A DNA stretch of 47,962 bases from Puniceicoccales bacterium (GTDB taxonomy: Bacteria > Verrucomicrobiota > Verrucomicrobiia > Opitutales > JAIRKQ01), in assembly GCA_031283685.1 (NCBI GenBank), contig JAITBI010000033.1, positions 1 through 47,962 of the forward strand, read 5' to 3'. This document shows positions 18,706-28,698 of this stretch, piece after piece. Both the position numbers and the translations under genes were made by a program. How positions within the stretch are numbered: position 1 is the first letter of the stretch; the number at the start of each line of letters is the position of its first letter. The notes beneath the pieces are model-generated. The model made no database searches, was not told the origin of the DNA, and saw only the letters and a program-made list of their open reading frames with translations.

Positions 18706-19092
18706 ATGGGAAGTTTTTTAAGACTCTTATTTTTATCAGTTGTGATGCTATTTGTTACGGCATGTCAAACAAATGCCCCCGTTGAACGTGTTACGGTGGG
18801 AACTGTGCAACGTTTTATCAGACAAGGAATGACTTCTGCGGAAGTTGTTGAAGCTCTTGGAGCCCCAAACATGGTAACAAAAAATGCCGAAGGTAATGAA
18901 ACATGGGTTTATGATAAAATTCATTCGGAGTGCGAAACGAAGAGGTCGGATTCTGGTATTTGTTTGATATTGTTCGGAGGTTCTAATACAAAAATTTCTG
19001 GGAGTTCCAGTGAACGTACCTTGACCATAGTAGTGCATTTTGATAAAGATAGCAAAGTTACAGATTTTTCTTATAGAACAACGTCGTTTTAG
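18706..19092 (+). CDS. Small lipoprotein, possibly SmpA/OmlA (BamE-like) fold
   Basis: Signal peptide plus lipobox VTAC. GMTSAEVVEALGAPN...ETWVYD...TLTIVVHFDKDSKVTDFSY resembles BamE-type domains. This is a weak assignment made by eye. Confidence 0.6.
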   Translation: MGSFLRLLFLSVVMLFVTACQTNAPVERVTVGTVQRFIRQGMTSAEVVEALGAPNMVTKNAEGNETWVYDKIHSECETKRSDSGICLILFGGSNTKISGSSSERTLTIVVHFDKDSKVTDFSYRTTSF

Positions 19093-19100
19093 TGGTGCAT

Positions 19101-19616
19101 ATGTCAAAAAGAAGCCTCGCAACATTATTTTTGGCTGTACTATGCCTTACGCCAGGTTGTGTTTTGGTTAACGAAACCCGTGCTCCAACGAGTATAGAAA
19201 TACAATCCATGCAGACAAGGGAATTTGATGTTCCATACAAAATTGCTTTTGCTTCCGTTGTCGATGTTTTTCAAGATTTGGGCTTTGTTATACAATCGTC
19301 GGATTTTGCGACTGGATTAATTATAGCAAAAGGAAGTGTGATCAATAAGAATGTTGGCGTACTAGAGGCTGCGAGTGGGGTTCATAGTAAAATTGTGTGG
19401 AATGTTGGTACAGCTCATCTGGAAGAACCTAGCGACGGAAAAGTATCGATACGGGTAAGTTTCGTTGCAAATGTCAAAGTCACACTTGCATACGGAATGT
19501 CGGATGAATCAAGTAGAGCTATACTCGACGGTGAGTTTTATGCGAGATTTTTTGAAAAAATAGATAAGTCAATATTTGTAAGACAGAATCTAAAAAATAG
19601 AGCCAATACGAATTGA
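19101..19616 (+). CDS. Hypothetical lipoprotein
   Basis: MSKRSLATLFLAVLCLTPGC gives a signal peptide plus lipobox. It is tightly linked to the preceding lipoprotein gene. The ORF is open from a GTG at 19092 that overlaps the upstream stop. Confidence 0.6.
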   Translation: MSKRSLATLFLAVLCLTPGCVLVNETRAPTSIEIQSMQTREFDVPYKIAFASVVDVFQDLGFVIQSSDFATGLIIAKGSVINKNVGVLEAASGVHSKIVWNVGTAHLEEPSDGKVSIRVSFVANVKVTLAYGMSDESSRAILDGEFYARFFEKIDKSIFVRQNLKNRANTN

Positions 19617-19733
19617 AATGAACTTTGGATTTTTGAAAAGGATATCCATGCAAACATGTTTAGTCCTAGATTTCCCTAAAGCTTACTACATTAGGTTTTG
19701 GCAGCAAAAGAGAAGAAAATAAAGCCAGTAGGG

Positions 19734-19748
19734 TGGCATTCGGTTTGC
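19734..19748 (+). promoter_or_regulatory. Candidate sigma-54 (-24/-12) promoter
   Basis: TGGCAT-tcggt-TTGC matches TGGCAC-N5-TTGC, with GG at 19735-19736 and GC at 19747-19748 at the exact 12-nt register. It lies 66 nt upstream of the ATG at 19814. It was the only match of this quality in a manual scan of both strands. Confidence 0.5.
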
Positions 19749-19813
19749 CGAAAGAGAGAAAACTTGGCCATGTTTTTTATTGAACAATTTTGCTAAAAAA
19801 ATAGATCCTATCC

Positions 19814-20740
19814 ATGGCAAATAGGCTCAAGTGCGGTGTAGTTGGGGTAGGATACCTTGGGCAGCACCATGCGAGGGTGTATTCTTCGTTGAAAGAATGC
19901 TCCTTGGTTGGTATATATGATATTAACCCAGAGCGAGCAAAGGAAATAGCATCAAAATATCACTGCAAAGTTTTCAACTCTCTCGAAGAGCTCGGTAATG
20001 AATGTAGCTGTGTAAGTATTGTGACTCCAACGGATAAACACGCCGAGACAGCGATCCCACTGATTGAAAAAAATTGCCATCTCCTAATTGAAAAACCACT
20101 AGCATCTTCAATGGCAGATGTGGAGCGAATTTTAAAAGCTGCGAGCGGTCGTGACAGAATTTTACAAACGGGACTGATCGAACACTATAACCCCGTTATG
20201 AAATTTTTGGAAGCATCGGTTACAACTCCACGATTCGTAACATCCCAAAGGCTGGCACCGTTCAATAAGAGGGGGACGGAAGTAGGTGTCGTTCTCGACC
20301 TAATGATACACGACATTGGCATAATTTTGCAGTTGGTAAAATCGGAGATTATATCCATAGATGCCATAGGAATTCGAGTTTTGTCAAAGACAGAAGATAT
20401 TGCCAACGCCCGATTGCATTTTGCCAATGGATGCGTGGCGGATTTAAATGCCAGTAGGGTGAGTGAAAAAAAATCACGTGAAATGCGGATTTTTCAACCG
20501 CAAACATATTTGTCGATGGATTTTACATCTCAGAGCGGCCATCTAATGAAAGTTTTACCGGAAGGTCTGATCAAAGATGAAATCCCAGTAGAAAAAGAAG
20601 AACCTTTAAAGACAGAGATTTCATCGTTTATGCAGTGTGTACGAAACCACATAGAACCAAAAGTAGATATTCATTTTGGCAAAAAAACTCTGGAATTGGC
20701 ATTGAAAATCACAGAAATAATCAACCTAGACCACCCATAA
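19814..20740 (+). CDS. Gfo/Idh/MocA family NAD(P)-dependent oxidoreductase
   Basis: N-terminal Rossmann motif GVVGVGYLGQHHARVY, EKPLA motif (LLIEKPLASS), and a C-terminal alpha/beta dimerisation domain. 308 aa. Confidence 0.85.
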   Translation: MANRLKCGVVGVGYLGQHHARVYSSLKECSLVGIYDINPERAKEIASKYHCKVFNSLEELGNECSCVSIVTPTDKHAETAIPLIEKNCHLLIEKPLASSMADVERILKAASGRDRILQTGLIEHYNPVMKFLEASVTTPRFVTSQRLAPFNKRGTEVGVVLDLMIHDIGIILQLVKSEIISIDAIGIRVLSKTEDIANARLHFANGCVADLNASRVSEKKSREMRIFQPQTYLSMDFTSQSGHLMKVLPEGLIKDEIPVEKEEPLKTEISSFMQCVRNHIEPKVDIHFGKKTLELALKITEIINLDHP

Positions 20741-21683
20741 AATTAATTTTTTCTCTTTTTCTGTCTGCAGCTAAACTTACCAGCGTAGAGATAAGTTCCG
20801 GCATGTTTACGCCGGCAGCGTTTGCGCTAATTGGATAAAAACTATTTTGCGTCATCCCTGGGATTGTATTGATTTCCAAAAAAAAGACCTTCCCGGTATC
20901 TTTTTGGAATAAAAAGTCAATCCTAGCCCAATCCCTACATCTACAACATCTAAACGCCATTTCACCATACCGTTTCACCATATTCCTAGTATTTTCGGGA
21001 ATTCTCGCGGGGCATATTTTGCTGGAATACCCTGGCGTATATTTATTTCTATAGTCCAAAAAACCGTATTTTGGTAAAATTTCTACAACTTCAAGCGCTT
21101 CGCCATCAAGTATGGCTACTGTTAGGTCTATCCCATCTATCCCACGTTCAACAATATATTCTACATCTTCATTTAGCCTGTGAATGGTCAACCCCAGTTC
21201 CATTTCCGACGAAACGAAATGGGTGTCTATGCTACTACCTTTGGCATTTGGCTTTATAAACAAATTACGTCCAAGCATGCTAATAATCGAATAGGTCGAA
21301 GGAGCACTTGCTGGAGCAAATTTTATGCCATTGACCACAGGAATTCCTACTTCTGAAACAATTCGTTTGGCAAGGGATTTGTCCATGCATAGCGCACTGG
21401 ACTTCGAATCACTTCCGACGAAAGCTAAGCCTTCTGCTTCCATGGCAGCTTGCAAACCTCCATCTTCCATAAATTCCCCATGGGCAACGGGGAAAATTAT
21501 AGCATCTTCTTGGATTGCTTCTTTGGGCAATTCATCCCTTGTAAGGACAATTTTTGTTGTGGGAAAGATGGTTTTACATATCTTGTATACTGTCTCGCCA
21601 GACAACAGCGATATTTCTTTTTCCGATGATGAATTTCCTCCGGTTAAAACTATTACCTCTCGGGCGTATTTTTTATTTATCAT
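20721..21683 (-). CDS. ddl: D-alanine--D-alanine ligase
   Basis: VLTGGNSSEKEISLLSG, GSDSKSSALCMDKSLAKRI, and an ATP-grasp C-terminus FLEINTIPGMT. The start is taken at the Met at 21683 (MINKKYAREV...). The ORF is open to 21800, and the 3' end overlaps the convergent oxidoreductase by 20 nt. Confidence 0.88.
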   Translation of the reverse strand: MINKKYAREVIVLTGGNSSSEKEISLLSGETVYKICKTIFPTTKIVLTRDELPKEAIQEDAIIFPVAHGEFMEDGGLQAAMEAEGLAFVGSDSKSSALCMDKSLAKRIVSEVGIPVVNGIKFAPASAPSTYSIISMLGRNLFIKPNAKGSSIDTHFVSSEMELGLTIHRLNEDVEYIVERGIDGIDLTVAILDGEALEVVEILPKYGFLDYRNKYTPGYSSKICPARIPENTRNMVKRYGEMAFRCCRCRDWARIDFLFQKDTGKVFFLEINTIPGMTQNSFYPISANAAGVNMPELISTLVSLAADRKREKINFMGGLG

Positions 21684-21934
21684 TGTGCTTATTTTTGTTA
21701 TTCGCCATCCATATGTCGACTTATTTCTGAAAATTTCATTCCTGCCAATGATGTCTATTGGACAAAGGTAACGAATTTTCGCCTTTGGAAATTCTAACAA
21801 AAGCTACACTGGCCTTAAATATTTTTAGAAAAGGCTCAAAACGATTTTCCAGAACGGTGTAAATCTAGTCCACTATTGACTTGAGAGTCAAAAAACTTGC
21901 AGATGTCCCATATTTTTTATGGGGGAAATACAAC

Positions 21935-22447
21935 CTATAAGAATAACAAGCCGGTATCTTTAGTCGAATCATCATCCATATAGGGTAAGCTAGCTACGGT
22001 ACACAGGGAAAATAGCCATCGAAAAAAAGCTAATTGATGCTGCTTTTTATTACGTTTTAAGCGTGTGGTTTTTTCTTTGCCTATTGTTAAGGCCAAACGA
22101 TTATCGAATTCTTTTTCGAATGCGTCGATGGACTCCTTTTGCAACGCACGAAAAGACTTTTCAAAAAGAGGAAATTTGATATCCATCATTTTATTTTTTT
22201 TTGCCAAGCGGTTTGTAAAGCCTTTGCCGAATGCCTTGGGAAAACTTTTTGATAATCGTAGCACCGAAGAAAAAGGATGTATTGCAATGCCTAGTTTACC
22301 ATCTATGGATGCTTTTGGTAGGGATTCCAGACAATTTATTATCAGATTGTTTGCCTCGGTACTAAATTGCTCATCTTCACACAAACGTTCCAACGCTTCC
22401 GCGGATATTTTTCTAACGGATTGAACAATGTCAACTTTCCTTGTCAC
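21935..22447 (-). CDS. Hypothetical protein (170 aa)
   Basis: ORF with a basic, helical middle region and a C-terminal hydrophobic segment (LAFFRWLFSLCTVASLPY). No recognisable motif. Confidence 0.5.
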   Translation of the reverse strand: MTRKVDIVQSVRKISAEALERLCEDEQFSTEANNLIINCLESLPKASIDGKLGIAIHPFSSVLRLSKSFPKAFGKGFTNRLAKKNKMMDIKFPLFEKSFRALQKESIDAFEKEFDNRLALTIGKEKTTRLKRNKKQHQLAFFRWLFSLCTVASLPYMDDDSTKDTGLLFL

Positions 22448-22666
22448 AAGGGGAAAATCTTAGCAGCCGGAATACAAAAGGCAATATATTTTTACTCTGA
22501 ATATGTGGAACTATGTAATCAATGTGGATTCGGGTAGAATTGGGAGACAGATCAATCACGCAACATCTAATAGTTATAATAAAAGGTTGTCTTTTAGATA
22601 AAAAGTGACAGTGATTACTCTCACCTTCAATATGAGTAAAGACAAGTTGTTGGGAACATATTCAGT

Positions 22667-23911
22667 ATGGTATTTGTATTGATTTTGGCTGTAATTGGGG
22701 CAATTTTTGTTGCATTTAATAATGGAGCAAATGATGTCGCAAATGCGTTTGCTTCAGCCGTAGGGTCCAAGGCTTTAAAAATCAAACATGCGCTTCTAAT
22801 CGCTGCTATTTTAAATTTTTTAGGAGCGATATTGTTAGGATCTAACGTTTCCAAAACACTTATTGATGGCGTTGTAAACATTGGCTGTTTCTATGACAAA
22901 AATGCCTACATCGCAGGGATGCTGGCGTGTATGGTTGCTACGGGTTGTTTTGTTTTTATATCCACCCGTACCGGATTGCCGGTGAGCTCAACCCATTCCA
23001 TCGTCGGAGGGATGATAGGAATTGCTACTACATTGGGAGGTATTGAAGCCGTCAAATGGAAATTATTCGGCATGCTGACACTGTCGTGGATATTTACGCC
23101 ATTTCTAGCAGCTGCATGTTCGTTAGTTACCATAAAGCTAATAAAGCTAACAATTTATCGGGGAGAGAATTCTAAAGTTATGCAACGGGCATGCAATTGG
23201 ATCCCTGTCTATGCCAGTGTAATTGTCATTGCGCTTATCATTGCCGTAGTGCGGGGAAGTAAGGTTTGGAAAAATTGCATACATCCCCACTGGACATTGG
23301 GTATGTTGTTGCTGATTTTCCCAGTATTGTACGTGGTATTTAGAATCATAGCGCATAGGTTAATCATAAAATTCAAAGATAGGGAATTTGGCGTTGAGCA
23401 TGTTTTTAGGCGTTTTCAGGCAGGCACTTCGTGTTTGGTAGGGTTTGCTGTCGGATCGAATGATGTTGCAAATAGTGTCACGCCGGTTATTGGCATGTAC
23501 TTCGTTACAAAGCTTGGTATGCTGCCGGATTCATTTGTCGACCATACTATCCCTGTTTGGATGCTTGCAGTCGGTGGGATGGGAATGTCGATGGGGGTTT
23601 TGTCTCTTGGTCATAAGGTTGTTAATACGATGGGACATAGCATCACACTGCTATCAAATTCCAAAGGTTTTAGCGTCGATTTTTCGACTGCCACAACGAT
23701 CATCCTAGCGTCCGTTTTCGGAATGCCGGTTAGCTCTACCCATGCTGCAACCGGTGCTGTTATCGGGGTAGGATTGGAAAAGGGACTCAAGGGACTAAAC
23801 CTGCGATTGCTCTTTACGATATTTGGCACATGGCTTATGACCGTACCAATATCCGCCATTTTTACAATTTTAGTATATTCTATCCTTAGGGCATTTATGT
23901 TACCGTTGTAA
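22667..23911 (+). CDS. Inorganic phosphate transporter, PiT family
   Basis: Duplicated PiT signature: NGANDVANAFASAVGS in the N-terminal half and GSNDVANSVTPV in the C-terminal half. Multi-TM, 414 aa. Confidence 0.9.
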   Translation: MVFVLILAVIGAIFVAFNNGANDVANAFASAVGSKALKIKHALLIAAILNFLGAILLGSNVSKTLIDGVVNIGCFYDKNAYIAGMLACMVATGCFVFISTRTGLPVSSTHSIVGGMIGIATTLGGIEAVKWKLFGMLTLSWIFTPFLAAACSLVTIKLIKLTIYRGENSKVMQRACNWIPVYASVIVIALIIAVVRGSKVWKNCIHPHWTLGMLLLIFPVLYVVFRIIAHRLIIKFKDREFGVEHVFRRFQAGTSCLVGFAVGSNDVANSVTPVIGMYFVTKLGMLPDSFVDHTIPVWMLAVGGMGMSMGVLSLGHKVVNTMGHSITLLSNSKGFSVDFSTATTIILASVFGMPVSSTHAATGAVIGVGLEKGLKGLNLRLLFTIFGTWLMTVPISAIFTILVYSILRAFMLPL

Positions 23912-23914
23912 ACC

Positions 23915-26146
23915 ATGGGATGTCTTTGCGCAGAAGTTCTAACGTTTGGAATGTTCGATGGTCCATTGTTGTATGCAATTCCTCGAGGATTGGAAAATGT
24001 TTTGACCGATGGCATGCTTGTCAGGGTACCATTTGGACGAACAAAAACACTGGGTATCGTCCTTAGTACTTGCCAAACGGATCCGAATAAATCATCGTTT
24101 CAGGTAAAAGAAATTTTAAACATTGAATATGACTTTCCTTTGCTTGGTGCGGATATGATAAAATTGATATTTTGGATGCGCAAATACTATGCGGTATCGT
24201 ATAAGTCCCTGCTTGAAACCATTGTCCCCCTGGCCATAAGAAAAAATAGCGGATTCAAATTTGTAACAAAGCTTTCTCTAATAAAAGCTTTATCCAAAGA
24301 AGATTATGAAATATTAGAACGCCGTTCCCCAAAGCAACATGCACTATATGAATTTTTACTAAAATCCAACGGCATATTTGAAAAATCAGGACTGAAAAAT
24401 TTTTCAACCTCTGCCATCAATTCTCTGATCGATAAAGGGATTGTCGGGGAGACTTTTGAACGGACCAACCGCATTGTCTACGTCGATCAAACATTTGGAG
24501 AAAGCAGGAATCATAGGAAAAATGTAACTTTGACGGTCGAACAGCAAAATGTCGTTACCAATATCGCTGAGAGCTTGGCAAAGGGGGAATTTTGCACCCA
24601 TTTGATACATGGAATTACGGGTTCTGGAAAGACGGAAGTTTATTTGCATGCCATGGAAAGTATTCTAAAATCAGGCGGTGATGCAATTTATTTGGTCCCG
24701 GAACTCACTCTAACACCACAAACGGTCCATCGCATTAGGTGTGGTATAAATCTTCCCGCCGTTCAAGTTGTGGTTTGGCACAGTGGATTGTCCGAAGGAG
24801 AACGCCGCGATGCCTGGTTGGCAATGGCCAGCAGTGAAGCAAAAATTGTTATCGGGGCACGCTCGGCAATATTTGCTCCCCTAAAAAATACCAAGATAAT
24901 CATCGTCGACGAGGAACATGAAACAACATATAAACAGGCAGAAACTCCCCGTTACCACGCCCGCGACGTTGCAGTCTATCGTGCCAAATTGTGCAATGCT
25001 ATCTGTATCCTGGGGTCTGCAACGCCATCCATCGAATCCCTATTCAATGTATCACTGCAGAAGTATACGCTGAATACCTTGAAAAATAGGATCGATGGCA
25101 GTACATTACCTAGAGTTGAAGTGGTCGACATGCGCCATGAACATTCTGCGGGGAAATCGAACATTATTTCATCGCGACTACGAGATTTGGTTGAAGATCG
25201 TTTGGTAAAACACGAACAAGTCATTTTATTTCTTAACAAACGGGGATATTCGTCGGTGGTATTTTGCAAAAATTGTGACTACGTTGCCACTTGCCCGCAT
25301 TGTAGCACTTCTTTGACATACCATAGGCCGCAAAATGTATTACGGTGCCACGTGTGCAATTACGTCGAAAACTTGCCAGTCAAATGTCCTAAATGTGGAG
25401 GATATGATATTTTGCAAAGTGGTGTGGGAACGCAAAAACTTATGGGCATTATTTGCGCATTGTTTCCGTTGGCAAAAGTTGAGCGCCTCGACTCTGATAC
25501 CACAACAACGAAGGATAGTTTTTACAAAATTTTAAACCGTTTTAGGGACGGAGAAATTGACATTTTGGTCGGTACACAAATGATATCCAAGGGATTAGAT
25601 TTCCCGAATGTATCGCTCGTTGGTATTGTTAATATAGATAATGCCATGAATTTCCCCGATTTTCGATCAAATGAGAGAGTTTTTCAATCGATCATACAAG
25701 TATCAGGACGGGCAGGTCGTGGAAATAAACCTGGAATCGTTGTTATACAGACCAATTTCCCGTCTTCAGATTTGGTCCAACTAGCTGTCCAAAACGATGT
25801 GGAATCCTTTTTTAGGAATGAACTAACAGCCCGCAGTGAATTTTTCTATCCGCCATTTTCTCACATTGTACGACTAATTTTTTCCGGAAAAAATGAAGTA
25901 AAGACGGAATTCTTAGCAAAAAAGATTTGCGAAGATTTGCGAAAACAATCTCGCGGTTTATTTGAACTTCGAGGGCCGGCCCCGGCCGTAATATATAAAG
26001 TGAAGGACCGCTTTCGTTTTTCTCTCATGTGCTTTTCAAAAAGCGTAGCCACGGTTTTGGAAAAAATCTATGAAAGTATGGGAATCTTCAAAAGTGCAAA
26101 GGATGCTACCTGGACCATTGACGTGGACCCTGTTGACATGATGTAA
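23915..26146 (+). CDS. priA: Primosomal replication restart helicase PriA
   Basis: Walker A GITGSGKTEVYL, DEEHE box, Cys-rich zinc module (CKNCDYVATCPHCSTSLTYH...LRCHVCNY...CPKCGG), and a C-terminal helicase lobe. Confidence 0.92.
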   Translation: MGCLCAEVLTFGMFDGPLLYAIPRGLENVLTDGMLVRVPFGRTKTLGIVLSTCQTDPNKSSFQVKEILNIEYDFPLLGADMIKLIFWMRKYYAVSYKSLLETIVPLAIRKNSGFKFVTKLSLIKALSKEDYEILERRSPKQHALYEFLLKSNGIFEKSGLKNFSTSAINSLIDKGIVGETFERTNRIVYVDQTFGESRNHRKNVTLTVEQQNVVTNIAESLAKGEFCTHLIHGITGSGKTEVYLHAMESILKSGGDAIYLVPELTLTPQTVHRIRCGINLPAVQVVVWHSGLSEGERRDAWLAMASSEAKIVIGARSAIFAPLKNTKIIIVDEEHETTYKQAETPRYHARDVAVYRAKLCNAICILGSATPSIESLFNVSLQKYTLNTLKNRIDGSTLPRVEVVDMRHEHSAGKSNIISSRLRDLVEDRLVKHEQVILFLNKRGYSSVVFCKNCDYVATCPHCSTSLTYHRPQNVLRCHVCNYVENLPVKCPKCGGYDILQSGVGTQKLMGIICALFPLAKVERLDSDTTTTKDSFYKILNRFRDGEIDILVGTQMISKGLDFPNVSLVGIVNIDNAMNFPDFRSNERVFQSIIQVSGRAGRGNKPGIVVIQTNFPSSDLVQLAVQNDVESFFRNELTARSEFFYPPFSHIVRLIFSGKNEVKTEFLAKKICEDLRKQSRGLFELRGPAPAVIYKVKDRFRFSLMCFSKSVATVLEKIYESMGIFKSAKDATWTIDVDPVDMM

Positions 26147-26164
26147 ACTATAAAAACATAAATT

Positions 26165-27133
26165 TTAATGTTTATAGGTGTCGTGGAGGCGTAGTAGGCC
26201 GACAACCCTGAATTTGCCGGCAACGACATCATTTGTCATTACGGGAAGAACAGATATTTGTGATGGACCACCCTCCATGATCTGTAATGCTTCACCCACA
26301 TAGCTGCCAGCATTTACATATTTGGGAGATGACGTCATTATGTCTTTTGCCGTAATCTTTTGAAAAGATTCATCTTCCTTCAGAGAGCGGCGAATGTCAC
26401 CCTCCGTTACCAGACCCGATAAAATATCATCTCGGTCTATTACTAGAGCTGCTCCCAAAGGAAACCCTGTCATGGCAATTACAATTTCGCGCAGGGTGCT
26501 GCTGGATTTTATAACGGCACAGGACGATAGGGGAGACATTACATCCTTTACTTTTAAGAGGAGATTCCTTCCCAGTTGCCCTGCGGGATGAAAAGTTGCA
26601 AAATCCTGTTTGGAAAAGGATCGGCGAGACATTAATTCGGCAGCAATGGCATCTCCAATGGCCAAACTGACGATGGCACTGGTCGTAGGAACCATTTGTA
26701 GAGGATCCGCTTCCTTGGCAAAGGAAATATCAATCACAACATCGGATGATTTGGCAATTGGGGAATTAGTATTTCCAACAATGGAAATGATCTTTGACTC
26801 AAGTTTTTTTAAAACTGGAATTAGGCAAAGTATTTCATCGGTGGTCCCACTTTTGGATAGTAAAAGTGTAGGATCGCCAGGAGAATAAACACCCAAATCC
26901 CCATGGGCACCTTCGGCAGGATGTAAGAATACGGAGGGTTGTCCAATACTGGTAAAGGTGGCAGCTATCTTTTTGGCAATGTGTCCTGATTTTCCCATGC
27001 CACAAATAATAGTTTTTCCCCTATGATTTAATAAAATTTCGACTACTTTGCCAAAACTTTCATCCAAAATTTTAGAAGCATATCCTATGGCATTACTTTC
27101 CGCCATTAATAAATCTTTTGCTGCTGGGAACAC
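26165..27133 (-). CDS. kpsF: Arabinose-5-phosphate isomerase (KpsF/GutQ family; SIS plus tandem CBS domains)
   Basis: SIS motif CGMGKSGHIAKKIAATFTSIGQPSVFLHPAEGAHGDLG, followed by two CBS repeats. 322 aa. Confidence 0.9.
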   Translation of the reverse strand: MFPAAKDLLMAESNAIGYASKILDESFGKVVEILLNHRGKTIICGMGKSGHIAKKIAATFTSIGQPSVFLHPAEGAHGDLGVYSPGDPTLLLSKSGTTDEILCLIPVLKKLESKIISIVGNTNSPIAKSSDVVIDISFAKEADPLQMVPTTSAIVSLAIGDAIAAELMSRRSFSKQDFATFHPAGQLGRNLLLKVKDVMSPLSSCAVIKSSSTLREIVIAMTGFPLGAALVIDRDDILSGLVTEGDIRRSLKEDESFQKITAKDIMTSSPKYVNAGSYVGEALQIMEGGPSQISVLPVMTNDVVAGKFRVVGLLRLHDTYKH

Positions 27134-27249
27134 TTCAAAATTCCATAAAAAATAATACCTCTAAAGCGAGACAAATGTGATTAAACATACTTAATAAAAT
27201 ATGCTTAAAAGATTTGACTTTCAATTTATGGAAAGGTATCTTAGCTAGG

Positions 27250-28698
27250 ATGGTGGTCGTCGAGAAGTCTTTTTATAAATTATGCAACCTGTTCTTGATG
27301 AGTATATCCATAGGATTGCTTGTTGGATGTGATACCGTCAATAGTGGAGCAGTGAAGAAGAATGGTGTCTTTTGGAACCCACCGGTCAAAGAAAGCCAGG
27401 CGAAGCAACGCCAATTGCAGAAATACAACAACGTCAACCCGGCCATAGACTTATCTACTTCGGCATTAGATTTGCCGATGTTGCTCGACATTGCATTTGA
27501 AAATAATCCATCCACAAAGAAAAGTTGGCAAGCAGCCCGCATAGCAGCAGCGCAAAGCGGAAAAGCAACCAATATCTTTTTCCCTAAGGTAACAATTTCC
27601 GGTATGGCAGAGAAATCGGAGGCAAATGCTCCCGGTCTGAAAAATTCCACAACAGCATTTTATCCGGCCATTGAAATACAATATTCCATCTTCCAATTCG
27701 GAGGACATGCAAAATATGCGGATGCAGCCAGGCAATTGTTTTATGCTGCGAATTACCAGCATAATCGGGCTCTGCAAACCTTGGCATATGAAGTTCAAAA
27801 GTGTTATTTTGCCTTGGATTCTGCGGAGGAAGCAGTCGAAACCAGTCAAAGAAATTTGGACGATGCTTTTGTGGCATATGATGCCGCCTTCATAAAAAAT
27901 CAGTCCGGGTTGTCTAACATACAGGATTTTTTACAGGCGAAAGCCAATAAGTCACGTGCGGAATTTGACCTTGAAAATGCCAAGGCACACGTTGAACTAG
28001 CCCGGGCAAACTTGGCAAATGCAATAGGAGTGCCAGTTTCCGAAGCCATACGGATCGTTCAATCCGACGATGAAAATGATATCAAAGATTTAGACATTAA
28101 TGTTCAAGATCTAATAGCTGGAGCAATGCAAACGCGGCAGGATATGTTGGCCCAACATTCAATTGTCGCGGCAAAAAAGGATGTCACATGGACTAGCTCT
28201 TCAAAACTGCTGCCTGAATTAGTTATCGGCGGGGCCAGTAATAGGAAGTGGTTCCACGGCGAAGATGAGCATTTTAATAATTTTAACATCTATGCATCAC
28301 TGCGATGGACCATATTCGACGGATTTAATAATATGTATGATATTATTGAATCGCGAGCTGCCTTGAGAAGCGCTGAACATGAATTAAAACAAATGCAATT
28401 ATCCATCACTTCCGACGTTTGGGTAAAGTATTATGCATTCAAATCTGCCATAAAACAGCTTAACGCCGCGAGGAACTATGAACAATCTGCCCAAGAATCT
28501 TTCGATTCTATCGTGATCGCATATGGGGAAGGGCTTTCTTCATTTGGTGATCTAATGGCAGCGCAAACACAATTGGCATCGGCCAGGCAACAGACGGTGA
28601 TATCGAAAAATAATTTATCGGTGGCAGTGGTCGATTTAGCCTATGTCGTAGGGATAGTAAATTTTGAGAGTAAAAATAATATACAACAACACAGATAA
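27250..28698 (+). CDS. RND efflux outer membrane factor lipoprotein (TolC/NodT family)
   Basis: Signal peptide with lipobox LLVGC, and two OEP repeats with long coiled helices. The stop overlaps the MFP start (TAATG). The ORF is open from 27214, and the Met at 27250 gives a canonical lipoprotein signal. Confidence 0.88.
   Translation: MVVVEKSFYKLCNLFLMSISIGLLVGCDTVNSGAVKKNGVFWNPPVKESQAKQRQLQKYNNVNPAIDLSTSALDLPMLLDIAFENNPSTKKSWQAARIAAAQSGKATNIFFPKVTISGMAEKSEANAPGLKNSTTAFYPAIEIQYSIFQFGGHAKYADAARQLFYAANYQHNRALQTLAYEVQKCYFALDSAEEAVETSQRNLDDAFVAYDAAFIKNQSGLSNIQDFLQAKANKSRAEFDLENAKAHVELARANLANAIGVPVSEAIRIVQSDDENDIKDLDINVQDLIAGAMQTRQDMLAQHSIVAAKKDVTWTSSSKLLPELVIGGASNRKWFHGEDEHFNNFNIYASLRWTIFDGFNNMYDIIESRAALRSAEHELKQMQLSITSDVWVKYYAFKSAIKQLNAARNYEQSAQESFDSIVIAYGEGLSSFGDLMAAQTQLASARQQTVISKNNLSVAVVDLAYVVGIVNFESKNNIQQHR

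Noticed and set aside
18691-18706. Second sigma-54-like element, TGGCAaagtcccaGCA, with correct GG/GC spacing
   Set aside because: The -12 GC lies 1-2 nt before the ATG at 18706, so a transcript initiated from it could not include that start codon. The -12 region (CAGCA) is also a poorer match.
20721-20740. 20-nt convergent overlap of the ddl and oxidoreductase 3' ends
   Set aside because: Both ORFs simply run a few non-conserved codons past their conserved cores. This is a common consequence of compaction, not evidence of antisense regulation.
21684-21800. N-terminal extensions of ddl (to 21800), tatD (to 17437), the OMF gene (to 27214), the hydrogenase-like gene (to 40812) and the 18078 gene (to 18707) in the ORF track
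   Set aside because: The extensions use upstream or alternative starts and add residues absent from the respective families, or would abolish promoter space. Internal Met codons that give family-typical N-termini or proper lipoprotein signals were preferred.
21876-21891. Inverted repeat TTGACT-tgag-AGTCAA between the 170-aa orphan gene and ddl
   Set aside because: The arms are short at 6 bp. On the coding (minus) strand the T-run precedes rather than follows the hairpin, so it is not a terminator. Operator function is possible but unsupported.
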